DNA of 64,000 nt from positions 1,824 to 65,823 of the forward strand of contig JAHWKT010000002.1 of the NCBI GenBank assembly GCA_019347695.1, in the 5' to 3' direction. Of the stretch, positions 25,700-34,634 are shown in pieces. The position numbers and the translations under genes were made by a program. Source of the DNA: Actinomycetota bacterium. Lineage in GTDB: Bacteria; Actinomycetota; Nitriliruptoria; Euzebyales; JAHELV01. Each line of letters starts with the position of its first letter. Position 1 is the first letter of the stretch. The notes under the pieces were generated by a model. It did not search any database. It was not told the origin of the DNA and was given only the letters and a program-made list of their open reading frames with translations.

Positions 25700-26898
25700 T
25701 GCTGTGCTCCAAGGGCGAGTCCGACGGCGACCGCGAGGTGCGGCGCGGCCGCGGCCAACTCGTCGTCACTCAGCCCGCTGCCGTTGCCGACGGTCTGCAG
25801 CGGCGACCCCGTCGCGATGTCCAGGCCCAGCTGATCGGCCATGGCCGAGGCCAGTCCCGGCCACTGGCTCGCGCCGCCGGTCAGCACGACCCGCTCGATC
25901 GACGGGATGTCCCGCTGCGTGGCGCAGTAGTCGATCGAGCTCTTGATCTCATTGATCAACCGCCGCGTCTGGGTGCGGACCACATCGGTGGCCTCGTCGA
26001 CGCCAGGCTGCACCTCGCGTGGCGCATTCCCCGCGGTGCGGTCGTCGCTCGTACCATCGGAGTCCGCGTTGAGCTCATCGACCGTCAGCTGATCGCCCGG
26101 GTCGTCCGACAGCCAGCCGTGAAAATCGGTGTCCGCTTCCGAGACGTCGTCGGGCGGTGACGAAGCCGGCTCGTCCTCGGCCAGCTCCAGCTTGAGCCGC
26201 TCGGCGTCGGCGAGGTCGAGGTCCAGGCGGTCGGCGAGCATGGCGGTGACGTTCTGACCGCCGAAGAGCACCGTGCGCACGAAGTGTGGTGCGCCGTTCT
26301 GATGTGCGATCAGGTTGGTGACGGTCGCGCCGACATCGACGAGCATCTCCGTCGTCCGCTCGGCGAGGACGTCGGCGGGCGTGAGGCTGCGCAGGGCGGC
26401 GAAGGCGTCGAGGTCGATGCCGATCGGGTCGAGCTTGGCCCGGCGGACGACCGACAGCAGTTCGTCGACCATCGTCCGCAGCGCCGCGACGACCATGATG
26501 CGCACCATGCGCTCGCCGTCGTCGCTCTCGTGCTCGCCCAGGTAGCAGAAGTCGAGCACCGCCTCGTCGACGGGGAGGGGGATCAGCCCGTCGACGTGCA
26601 GCGGCAGCGACGCACGCAGTTCGCTCTCGGTCATGTACGGCAGATCGAGCCGGCGCACGACGACCTGCTGGTTGGCCAGCCCGACCGACACCTTGCGACC
26701 CTTGATCTTGGCCGACTTCCACAGGTCGCGCAGCGCGGCGACGACGACGTCGGGGTCGACGATCTCGCCTTCTCGAACCGCGCCGGTCGGCAAGAGCACC
26801 TGGCCGACGCGCTCGAGCGCGGCGCCCTTGCGGCCCTGGCTGACCTGCGCGGCCCGCACCGAGTTCGACCCGATGTCGAGTCCGATCGGGGCGGCCAT
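25696..26898 (-). CDS. pilM: type IV pilus assembly ATPase-like protein PilM
   Basis: Actin-like fold motifs IGLDIGSNSVRAAQV, MLVDVGATVTNL, VVLTGGASQWPGL. Has an acidic insert of about 50 aa. Confidence 0.85.
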   Translation of the reverse strand: MAAPIGLDIGSNSVRAAQVSQGRKGAALERVGQVLLPTGAVREGEIVDPDVVVAALRDLWKSAKIKGRKVSVGLANQQVVVRRLDLPYMTESELRASLPLHVDGLIPLPVDEAVLDFCYLGEHESDDGERMVRIMVVAALRTMVDELLSVVRRAKLDPIGIDLDAFAALRSLTPADVLAERTTEMLVDVGATVTNLIAHQNGAPHFVRTVLFGGQNVTAMLADRLDLDLADAERLKLELAEDEPASSPPDDVSEADTDFHGWLSDDPGDQLTVDELNADSDGTSDDRTAGNAPREVQPGVDEATDVVRTQTRRLINEIKSSIDYCATQRDIPSIERVVLTGGASQWPGLASAMADQLGLDIATGSPLQTVGNGSGLSDDELAAAAPHLAVAVGLALGAQQ

Positions 26899-27107
26899 CA
26901 GGCGTGCTCGGTCCCGTTGACGCTCGACGACTGCAGGTAGGCGTCGAGGTCACCGGTGCGGATGCGGTAGTTCTTGCCGACCCGGACGGCCCTGAGCGAG
27001 CCCGCCTTGATCAGCCGGTACACGGTCATGCTCGACACGCGCATGTGGTCGGCGACCTCGGCGACCGTCAGCAGCCGCTCGCGTGGCATCGAAGGTTGAC
27101 TCGACAC
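26898..27107 (-). CDS. excisionase/MerR-superfamily helix-turn-helix DNA-binding protein (69 aa)
   Basis: LLTVAEVADHMRVSSMTVYRLIKAGSLRAVRVGKNYRIRTGDLDAYL is the Xis-type HTH pattern. The stop overlaps the pilM ATG (ATGA). Confidence 0.8.
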   Translation of the reverse strand: MSSQPSMPRERLLTVAEVADHMRVSSMTVYRLIKAGSLRAVRVGKNYRIRTGDLDAYLQSSSVNGTEHA

Positions 27108-27248
27108 AGCTCGTTCCTCTCAAGACGCTGATCGCACCATGTGGTGCCGTCTGTCCCATCCACCGCGTTCCGGACGCAGATTGCTCACCAGTCACGGAAC
27201 GGATCGAGTTCCCCTGTCGACATCACGCACGCCCACTTGAGCGCTTCG

Positions 27249-29195
27249 CCTAGTCGGAAGTTGCGTGGGGGTTGGGGGCCATCAGCGGTACTGACCTGCA
27301 CGTTTGATGAGTCGATCGCTGCCGGGTGTGGACACTAAATCCCGCCCGAGTGTCGGTGGGTATGGTAGGGTGCGGCTATGGCAAAGCGCACAGGCGGAGC
27401 GATGCATGTGGCCACTACCACGCGCCGGTACAAGGACACGACATACCGGACGCATCTGCTGCGCCGCTCGGTGCGGGAGGGCCCCAAGGTCCGCAAGGAG
27501 ACGCTGGCGAACCTGTCGCATCTGCCCGATGCGGCGATCGAGGCCATCCGCCGGGTCCTCGCGGGCGAGTCGCTGGTCACCGCCGAGGAGGCGTTCACGA
27601 TCCGCCGGTCCCGCCCGCACGGCCACGTCGCGGCGGTGTGGTCCCAGGCCAAGACGCTGGACCTGGCCGCGCTGCTCGGTGCGGCGTGTCCGGAGCGGGA
27701 CGTGGCGGTGGCGTTGATCATCGCGCGGGTGTGCCGGCCCGGGTCGAAGCTGGCCACGACACGCTGGTGGACCGACACGACGCTGGCCGAGGATCTGGGC
27801 GTGGCCGAGGCCGGCACCGATGCGATGTACGCCGCGATGGACTGGCTCGTCGAACGGCAGGACAGCATCGAGGCACAGCTCGCCAAGCGGCACCTGAGCG
27901 CGGGTGGGCTGGTGCTGTTCGACCTGTCGGGCTCCTATGTGGAAGGGCGGCACAACGAGCTCGCAGCGATCGGCTACTGCCGCGACGGCAAGCGCGGAAA
28001 GGCCCAGATCACCTACGGGCTGATCACCGACGTCGAAGGACGTCCGATCGCGGTGGAGGTGTTCCCCGGCAACACCGGCGATCCGACCAGCTTCAGCGCC
28101 GCGATCACCAAGGTCGGTGACCGCTTCGGGCTGGCCGAGGTCGTCATGGTCGGTGACCGCGGCATGATCACCCAGACACGCATCGATGACCTGCGCGGGC
28201 TGCCCGGTGCGGGCTGGATCACCGCGCTGCGCGCCCCCGCGATCCAAAAGCTCGCCGCCCAGCAGGCGATCCAGCTGTCGCTGTTCGACCAGACCGACCT
28301 GGCTGAGATCACCTCCCCCGACTACCCCGACGAACGGCTGATCGCCTGCCGCAACCCCGCACTGGCCGCCGAGCGGGCCCGCAAACGCAGCGAGCTGCTC
28401 GCCGCCACCGACGCCGAGCTCGACAAGATCGTCGCCGCCGTGACCGCCGGACGACTCAAAGATCCCGGCAAGATCGGGGTGCGCGTCGGCAAGATCGTCA
28501 ACCGCTACAAGATGGCCAAGCACTACCAGTTGACCATCGACAACGGCGCGTTCTCCTACACCCGCGACAGCGCCGCGATCGACACCGAAGCCGCCCTCGA
28601 CGGCATCTACGTCGTACAGACCAGCGTGACCGCCGACCGCCTCGACGCCGGCGAGGTCGTCGAGGCCTACAAGCGACTGCGTCTGGTCGAAGCGCAGTTC
28701 CGCAGCCTCAAGACCATCGATCTGCACCTGCGACCCATCCACCACCGCCTCGCCGGCCGGGTCCGCGCCCACGTGCTCATCTGCATGCTCGCCGCCTACC
28801 TCACCTGGCACCTGCGCCGAACCTGGGCGCCGCTGTGCTTCACCGACGAAGACCCACCCGACCGTCGCGACGACCCCGTCGGCAAAGCCCACCGCTCACC
28901 CCAAGCAGCCGCCAAAGCGTCCACCCGCACCACCACCGCAGGCGAGCCCACCCACAGCTACCAGTCCCTGCTCGACCACCTCGCCACCCTCACCCGCAAC
29001 GACGTCGTCTTCGCCGACACCAACCTCGTCATCGACAAGCTCGCCGAGCCCACCCCGACCCAACGACGCGCCTTCGACCTGCTCGACACACCCATCCCGA
29101 CCAAGCTCATGTAGACAGAAAACTCCCGCCCACCACCGCCGAAACCCCACAACGGCGCCACCGCCAGCATCACAAGCCACGCAACTTCCGCCTAG
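27249..29195 (+). mobile_element. IS1634-family (IS4-like) insertion sequence
   Basis: Terminal inverted repeats: CTAGTCGGAAGTTGCGTGG at 27250-27268 matches the reverse complement of 29177-29195 at 18/19 positions. CCTAG flanks both ends (27249-27253, 29191-29195), a possible 5-bp target duplication. Single transposase ORF. Confidence 0.85.
27378..29114 (+). CDS. IS1634-family transposase (DDE)
   Basis: 578 aa. N-terminus TTTRRYKDTTYRTHLLRRSVREGPKVRKETLANLSHLP and MVGDRGMIT, LIACRNP, DGIYVVQTS blocks are typical of this family. Confidence 0.85.
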   Translation: MAKRTGGAMHVATTTRRYKDTTYRTHLLRRSVREGPKVRKETLANLSHLPDAAIEAIRRVLAGESLVTAEEAFTIRRSRPHGHVAAVWSQAKTLDLAALLGAACPERDVAVALIIARVCRPGSKLATTRWWTDTTLAEDLGVAEAGTDAMYAAMDWLVERQDSIEAQLAKRHLSAGGLVLFDLSGSYVEGRHNELAAIGYCRDGKRGKAQITYGLITDVEGRPIAVEVFPGNTGDPTSFSAAITKVGDRFGLAEVVMVGDRGMITQTRIDDLRGLPGAGWITALRAPAIQKLAAQQAIQLSLFDQTDLAEITSPDYPDERLIACRNPALAAERARKRSELLAATDAELDKIVAAVTAGRLKDPGKIGVRVGKIVNRYKMAKHYQLTIDNGAFSYTRDSAAIDTEAALDGIYVVQTSVTADRLDAGEVVEAYKRLRLVEAQFRSLKTIDLHLRPIHHRLAGRVRAHVLICMLAAYLTWHLRRTWAPLCFTDEDPPDRRDDPVGKAHRSPQAAAKASTRTTTAGEPTHSYQSLLDHLATLTRNDVVFADTNLVIDKLAEPTPTQRRAFDLLDTPIPTKLM

Positions 29196-29343
29196 TGGGA
29201 TCGCGCCCGAGGTTCAGCAGGCGACGGTCGTCAATCCGACGGCCTCGCTTGTCGTACGAGATGGTGTCACCAAGCGACTGCTCGCCGGGTAGACATTGAG
29301 GCAGCGCCTCCGAACTCCGCCTTTCGACCGCTGACCACACAAT

Positions 29344-29384
29344 GCGGCGAGGGCAGCTCGGTTCATCCGAACTGCCCTCGCCGC
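29344..29384 (-). terminator. hairpin terminator downstream of pilA
   Basis: 13-bp perfect stem GCGGCGAGGGCAG / CTGCCCTCGCCGC with a 15-nt loop, 30 nt after the pilA stop, followed on the sense strand by AUUGUGUGG. Confidence 0.6.
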
Positions 29385-29413
29385 CGCAGAACCTTGCCGT
29401 GAAGCTTGTGCCG

Positions 29414-29815
29414 TTAGGGGCAGCCGGTCGCGCTCAGCTGGTTGACGGAATCGTCGGAGTCGTAGCTCCACGTCACGCCCGGAAGACCGGTGTGAACGCC
29501 CTGTACGCAGAACTCGATCGCTGTCTCGCTGATCACATCCAGCGTCACACCCTCACTGGTGTTGTAGCCGGTGAACAGCGGGCTTGCCTCGAGGCCGGCG
29601 TAGGTGTTGGCATCCGTGTAGTGGGTCTCGGCCTGGACTGCGATGTTGCGCAAGTCCGACTGCAGGGCAGAGCGGCGAGCCCGCTCTCGCTGGTTGAGGA
29701 ACGCCGGGATGGCGATGGCCGCCAGGATCCCGATGATGATGACGACGACAAGCAGCTCGATCAGGGTGAACCCCTCTTCGCGCTCGTCCATGCGCTTGCG
29801 AATTGCGAGGAACAA
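29414..29815 (-). CDS. pilA: type IV major pilin
   Basis: Class III signal ...DEREEG|[24 protein letters not shown] with Glu at +5, and a C-terminal Cys pair. TTG 29815 lies 5 nt after AGGAGGTG. The alternative ATG 29791 has no SD. Confidence 0.9.
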   Translation of the reverse strand: MFLAIRKRMDEREEGFTLIELLVVVIIIGILAAIAIPAFLNQRERARRSALQSDLRNIAVQAETHYTDANTYAGLEASPLFTGYNTSEGVTLDVISETAIEFCVQGVHTGLPGVTWSYDSDDSVNQLSATGCP

Positions 29816-30047
29816 GATGCACCTCCTGGTGCGTCGGTTACCTTGCAAGCCGGAAGGCGTTCGGCAGTTCCTGGTGCCTGCCGCTTGCATCGTTTACGCG
29901 TGTTCCTGTCGTCCCTCGGCACCGGGGGCAAAGCACTCTCAGCACATATCCTCACAATTGGGTACGTCCCGCCGCACCGCCGCTCAACTCGCGCGACCGA
30001 CCGCCGACGAGAGCGTACGGGCGAGACGACCGCGGCGAGGGAGACTG

Positions 30048-31769
30048 ATGGACGCTGGGCACGGCGTGTCGGGAGCACATGCGCTGCTGCGCCAGCTCGC
30101 GCGCGGGCTGTCCGCGTACCGGCTCTACCCGGGCGATCTCACGCAACCCGCCTTCCAGGGCGCGGTCGAGCGCATCCGCGACGCTGCCGGCACGGCGCTC
30201 GGCGCCGGACCCGCGGAGGCACTGGTCCGTGCCGGCCGGTTCCACGTCGATGACCACGAGGTGATCGACGAGGCGGCCGACCGGCTCGCCGAGGCGTGCT
30301 TCTCCCGTCGCGTCGAGTACGTGCGGATCGACCGTCCTCCGACAGTCGACGAGCTCGACGCGTTCTACGAAGTGCTCGGCCGCGACCCTGAGGACGTCAC
30401 CGAGGCCGGCGGCGTCGCCGCGCTACTCGACGCCCGCGGTGTGGGATCGATCACCGCCCTCGCCGGCGCGCCGGAGACCGATGCCGTCGACGGTGACCAC
30501 GACGAGTCCGATCCCGAGGCCGCGTTACCCGTGCTCGCGCTACTGCCGGGCGACACGGCGAGCAGCGTGTACGATCGTCTGCGGGGCGCTCAGGAGACGC
30601 TCGACGAGGTCGTCAGCGCGCGGTCGTCGTTCTACCGCAGAGCCGCCGGGCTCGTCGCGGGCCTCGACGAACAGCAGCAGGCGGCGTTCGGCAGCCTCGT
30701 CCTCGACCGCATGCAGACCGACGCCTTCGCGGAACGCTACGCCGGCCATCTGGCGGACCCCGAGATCGCGGAGCTGCTCGCCAGAGCAGCGCGCTTCCGA
30801 GGTGTCGAACCCGTCGAGGTGGCCGTCGAGTTCGTCCGGATCAGCGCCCGGCAGCAGACGCTCGTCGCCGTCGTGCGCGACTTCGTCAGTGGCGACACAC
30901 TCGACGGAGCGCCGGACGGTTCGCGGATCGCGCATGCAGCCGCCGACCTGCGCGACGCGTTCCCATCGGACGCCGCCGACGGGCGCCGCCTCGCGCTGCT
31001 CGCCCTGGCCGACTACCTTCGCTGCGACGTCTCGTCGGAGCAACTCGAACGCGTCGTCGGCGCGGTGACCCGCCAGCTGCGCGCTGCTGTGGGCGACGGC
31101 GACGGCGAAGTCGTCCGTGAGCTGCTCGACACACTCGATGCGGCCCGGCCGGATGTCGATAGCGAGTGTCAGGACCTGCTCGCCGCCCCCCGGCACCATG
31201 CGCTCACGCCGCACGTCCTGCGAAAGACGATGCGGGCGAGGCGTGCCGGATCCGAGGGGCCGGCGGAGGTGCTGCGGCCCTTCGGCACCGCGGCGATCGA
31301 TGCGCTCGTCGCGGCGCTCGCAAGCGATGAGCGGTCCGACCGTCGCGTCATCGCCACACTCGCCGCGCTCGCGCGCGACCGGCCGCGGATCCTCGGACGC
31401 CATATCGACCATGAGCGCTGGCACGTCGTCCGCGATCTCGCCAAGGTGCTCGTCAGCATCGGCGGTCCCGCCACCGCCGCGCCACTCGTCGCGCTGGCGG
31501 GCCACGACCACCCGACGGTACGCCACGAGGCGCTGCACGGACTGACGAAGCTGCCACCCGCTGATTCGGCGGCCGCGCTCGCACGGGCGGTGCCGGTAAT
31601 GCGAACACGCGCCGAGCAGCGCGATGGGCTCGACGCGCTCGCGGCGTGCGACGCACCACAGACACCGGCCCTGCTGCGCGACCTCGCGAGCAGCAGAGGC
31701 AGTCATGCGCTGCCGTGGCTCATGCGCCGCAGAGCGCGACGCCTCGCGAGAAGATCGGAGCGGCCGTGA
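30048..31769 (+). CDS. hypothetical protein with C-terminal HEAT-like repeats; N-terminus paralogous to the downstream HD-GYP protein
   Basis: ATG follows GAGGGAG. C-terminus has HDHPTVRHEALHGLTKL and WHVVRDLAKVL HEAT-type repeats. N-terminal ALLRQLARGLSAYRLYPGD parallels ALLRELAAAYQSATLYPSG. Confidence 0.65.
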   Translation: MDAGHGVSGAHALLRQLARGLSAYRLYPGDLTQPAFQGAVERIRDAAGTALGAGPAEALVRAGRFHVDDHEVIDEAADRLAEACFSRRVEYVRIDRPPTVDELDAFYEVLGRDPEDVTEAGGVAALLDARGVGSITALAGAPETDAVDGDHDESDPEAALPVLALLPGDTASSVYDRLRGAQETLDEVVSARSSFYRRAAGLVAGLDEQQQAAFGSLVLDRMQTDAFAERYAGHLADPEIAELLARAARFRGVEPVEVAVEFVRISARQQTLVAVVRDFVSGDTLDGAPDGSRIAHAAADLRDAFPSDAADGRRLALLALADYLRCDVSSEQLERVVGAVTRQLRAAVGDGDGEVVRELLDTLDAARPDVDSECQDLLAAPRHHALTPHVLRKTMRARRAGSEGPAEVLRPFGTAAIDALVAALASDERSDRRVIATLAALARDRPRILGRHIDHERWHVVRDLAKVLVSIGGPATAAPLVALAGHDHPTVRHEALHGLTKLPPADSAAALARAVPVMRTRAEQRDGLDALAACDAPQTPALLRDLASSRGSHALPWLMRRRARRLARRSERP

Positions 31770-33268
31770 TCACCCGCCCGTCCGCGCTGCAGGCCGCGTC
31801 CGCACTGCTGCGTGAGCTGGCCGCCGCATACCAGTCGGCCACCCTGTACCCGTCCGGTCATCCCCAGCGCACCGCTCTGGGCGCGAAGGTGGCGACGCGC
31901 GTCACATCTCTCCGAGACGTCATGGTCGGTGATCCCACGATCTTCGCCGACCACGGCAGCTTCTACCTCGACGCCACCCTGCTCGCGCACGAGTCGCTCA
32001 CCCTCGGCAGGCTCGCAGAGGTCCTGGCCGCGTCGGACATCCGGTCGCTGACGTTCACGGCGCGCGCGACGGCGCGTGACGTCGAGGCACTGATCGAGGT
32101 CCTCCGTGAGGAGCGGGCGCGCACCGAGCTCGGCGGGGTGCTGGTGAACGTCGCTGCGACGGCCGGCGCCGAGCCACCCGAGTGGCACCAGCGCCTCACC
32201 GAGCTGCGCCGAGCCTATGCCGGAGGCGTCGACGCCCTGCGTGACGCGGCATCGAGGGCGGCGGGCGGCGAGTCGATCGACATCGACGTCGCGAGCCGGG
32301 CTGTGAGCCACATCGCCGACCAGGTCGCGCAGGACCCCGGGTACGGGCTGCTGTTGAGCGCGGTCAAGTCCTACGACGAGTACACGTACATCCACATGGT
32401 CAACGTGTGCGTGATGTCCGTCGCCCTCGGGCACCTCATCGGCCTCCGTGCCGACCAGGTGATGGTGCTCGGCCTCGGCGCGCTGCTGCACGACATCGGC
32501 AAGGTGTTCGTGCCCACGGATGTCCTCAACACCCCTGGCCGGCTCGACGAGGAGCAGTGGCGGCTCATCCAACGCCATCCGGTCGACGGTGCTGGCATGT
32601 TCCTGGCGACCGGAGACGGCCTGTACCATCCCGCGGCGTCGGTGCTGCTCGAACATCACACGGGCTACGACGCGCGTGGCTATCCGACGTTGCACGGCCA
32701 CAGCCCGTCCGTTCCCAGCCGCCTCGTGGCCGTCGCCGATTGCTATGACGCGATCACCAGCAAGCGCTCCTACCGGGATCCGCTGGGCCGCCACGAGGCG
32801 TTGGCGATCATCCGGGCTGCGGCTGGCCGGGAGTTGGATCCCGCAGCGGTGGATGCGCTGACGGCACTGCTCGGTGACCATCCCATCGGATCGCTGATCG
32901 AGCTCGACACGGGAGAGGTCGCGGTAGTCATCCGTCAGCATGACGTGCGACGCGATCAACCGACCGTCCTGGTCCTGCTCGACCGCTCCGGCACGCCCAC
33001 CGAGGTCGAGGAACGCGACCTGGCGGCGGTCGGCGGGCGCATCGTCCGGCGGCACGACGCCGCTGCGGTGGGCATCGACCTGACCCGGTTCATCCTCGAG
33101 GGCGAGGTCCGCGCGGCGGGACCCGACCGGTCACCGCGCGGGCTGGTGCACGAGCCCTCGCCGGGCGAGGCCGCGCCGCACGGCTACGTCGCTGCCCACC
33201 AGCACGTCCGTGCGGATGAGCTCGACGGTGCCGCCGATCCCGATGTCGCCCCACCCGTCGCCTGGTGA
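31766..33268 (+). CDS. HD-GYP domain protein (putative c-di-GMP phosphodiesterase)
   Basis: HMVNV..LGALLHDIGK...RHPVDGA...LEHHTGYDARGYP carries the HD and GYP signatures. The GTG start overlaps the upstream stop (GTGA). Confidence 0.85.
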   Translation: MITRPSALQAASALLRELAAAYQSATLYPSGHPQRTALGAKVATRVTSLRDVMVGDPTIFADHGSFYLDATLLAHESLTLGRLAEVLAASDIRSLTFTARATARDVEALIEVLREERARTELGGVLVNVAATAGAEPPEWHQRLTELRRAYAGGVDALRDAASRAAGGESIDIDVASRAVSHIADQVAQDPGYGLLLSAVKSYDEYTYIHMVNVCVMSVALGHLIGLRADQVMVLGLGALLHDIGKVFVPTDVLNTPGRLDEEQWRLIQRHPVDGAGMFLATGDGLYHPAASVLLEHHTGYDARGYPTLHGHSPSVPSRLVAVADCYDAITSKRSYRDPLGRHEALAIIRAAAGRELDPAAVDALTALLGDHPIGSLIELDTGEVAVVIRQHDVRRDQPTVLVLLDRSGTPTEVEERDLAAVGGRIVRRHDAAAVGIDLTRFILEGEVRAAGPDRSPRGLVHEPSPGEAAPHGYVAAHQHVRADELDGAADPDVAPPVAW

Positions 33269-33384
33269 GGACGGTCGATCTGGGAGCTGGACGCAGGTGG
33301 CGCATCGCGCCGACCGACGGCTGACCGAGACCGTCCGCCCCGGCCACCGACGTGCGTTTCGTGGCGGTGCCGCGCGGCGCGCGG

Positions 33385-34608
33385 CTACTGGATCAGCTCG
33401 AAGATCTTGAACATGGGCATGTACAGCGCGATCACCATCGCGCCGACGATCCCGCCGAGCAGGCCGATCAGCAGCGGTTCGAGCAGTGCGGTGAGCGACT
33501 CGGTCAGCGCCGTGACCTCGTCGTCGTAGAAGTCCGAGATCTTCATCAGCATCTCGTCCATCGCGCCGGTCTCCTCACCGACGGCCATCATCTGCACGAC
33601 CATCGGCGGGAACACCGCGTGCGAACCGAGCGGCCGAGCCACGCTCTCCCCCTCACGGACCGCGGCCTGCACGTCGTCGATCGCCTCGGCGATGACCGCG
33701 TTGTTGACGGTCTCCGACGTGATCTCGAGCGCGCTGAGGATCGGCACACCCGCGCGCAGCAGGCTGCCGAAGTTCCTCGTGAACCGCGACAGCGCGATCT
33801 TCTGGAACAGGTTGCCGAACACGGGCAGCTTCAGCTTCACCACGTCGAGCTGGCGGCGGATGGCCGGCTGCTTGCGACCGTACACGAACGCCTGCCAGCC
33901 GAGGATCCCCAGGATGACCACGACGTACCACAGCTTGCGGACCACGAACGACAGGGCCAGCAGGATGCGGGTCGCCAGCGGCAGGGTGCCACCGAGCGAC
34001 TCGAACATGCCCACGAACACCGGGACGATGAAGATCAGCATCACGATGGTCAACAGGACGGCCATGATCAACACCACGACGGGGTAGGTCATCGCCGACT
34101 TGATCTTGCGGCGCAGCTCCAGGTCCTTCTCCAGGGTGACGGCGACGCGCTGGAGCACCACGTCGAGCATGCCGGCGACCTCGCCGGCCTTGACCATCGC
34201 CACGAACAGCTTGGGGAACTCCTCGTGCTCGGCCAGGGTCTCCGACAGGCCCTTGCCGGCTTCGATCTCGGTGCGGATCTCGCCGAGGATCTTGGCCAGG
34301 CGCTTGTTGTCGGTCTGCTCGGTCAGGATGTTCAGCGCCCGGATCAGCGACAGGCCCGAGTTGATCATCGTCGCGAACTGACGCGAGAACACCGCCAGGT
34401 CCTTCAGCCCCACCTTCCCACCGAAGCCCGGGATCGACAGGTCCTGCTGCAGCGCCGACTGCTGACGTTGCGTGATCGACACCGGCGCGTAGCCCATCTC
34501 GCGCAGCTTCACGCCGACGGCCCGCTGGTCGGCCGCCTCGAGCGTGCCGGTCTGGGTCTTGCCCGCGCGGTCGCGGACGACGTACTTGAACGTCGTGGCG
34601 GTGGCCAT
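33385..34608 (-). CDS. pilC: type IV pilus inner-membrane platform protein PilC (GspF family)
   Basis: Duplicated GspF domains and polytopic membrane segments. 407 aa. Confidence 0.9.
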   Translation of the reverse strand: MATATTFKYVVRDRAGKTQTGTLEAADQRAVGVKLREMGYAPVSITQRQQSALQQDLSIPGFGGKVGLKDLAVFSRQFATMINSGLSLIRALNILTEQTDNKRLAKILGEIRTEIEAGKGLSETLAEHEEFPKLFVAMVKAGEVAGMLDVVLQRVAVTLEKDLELRRKIKSAMTYPVVVLIMAVLLTIVMLIFIVPVFVGMFESLGGTLPLATRILLALSFVVRKLWYVVVILGILGWQAFVYGRKQPAIRRQLDVVKLKLPVFGNLFQKIALSRFTRNFGSLLRAGVPILSALEITSETVNNAVIAEAIDDVQAAVREGESVARPLGSHAVFPPMVVQMMAVGEETGAMDEMLMKISDFYDDEVTALTESLTALLEPLLIGLLGGIVGAMVIALYMPMFKIFELIQ

Positions 34609-34634
34609 GGCTCTATCCGTTCAGCGTGCGGCCG

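Noticed and set aside
27282-28892. 536-aa minus-strand ORF inside the IS
   Set aside because: It is antisense to a transposase with clear family features and has Gly/Asp/Val-rich low-complexity composition.
29214-29471. 85-aa minus-strand ORF between the IS and pilA
   Set aside because: It overlaps the pilA 3' end and its terminator hairpin, has an Arg-rich composition, and has no SD.
29864-29878. Sigma-54-like GGCAC-N-CTGC element upstream of pilA
   Set aside because: The spacing between GG and GC is off by one, the TTGC half is poor, and actinobacteria generally lack RpoN. More likely it is part of a small hairpin (GGCAG..CTGCC).
29816-30047. Possible c-di-GMP riboswitch in the pilA leader
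   Set aside because: I could not find the conserved GEMM-I/II cores (GGCAAA..GACGCAAAGCC or the ACGCACAGGGC pattern). Only small generic hairpins are present.
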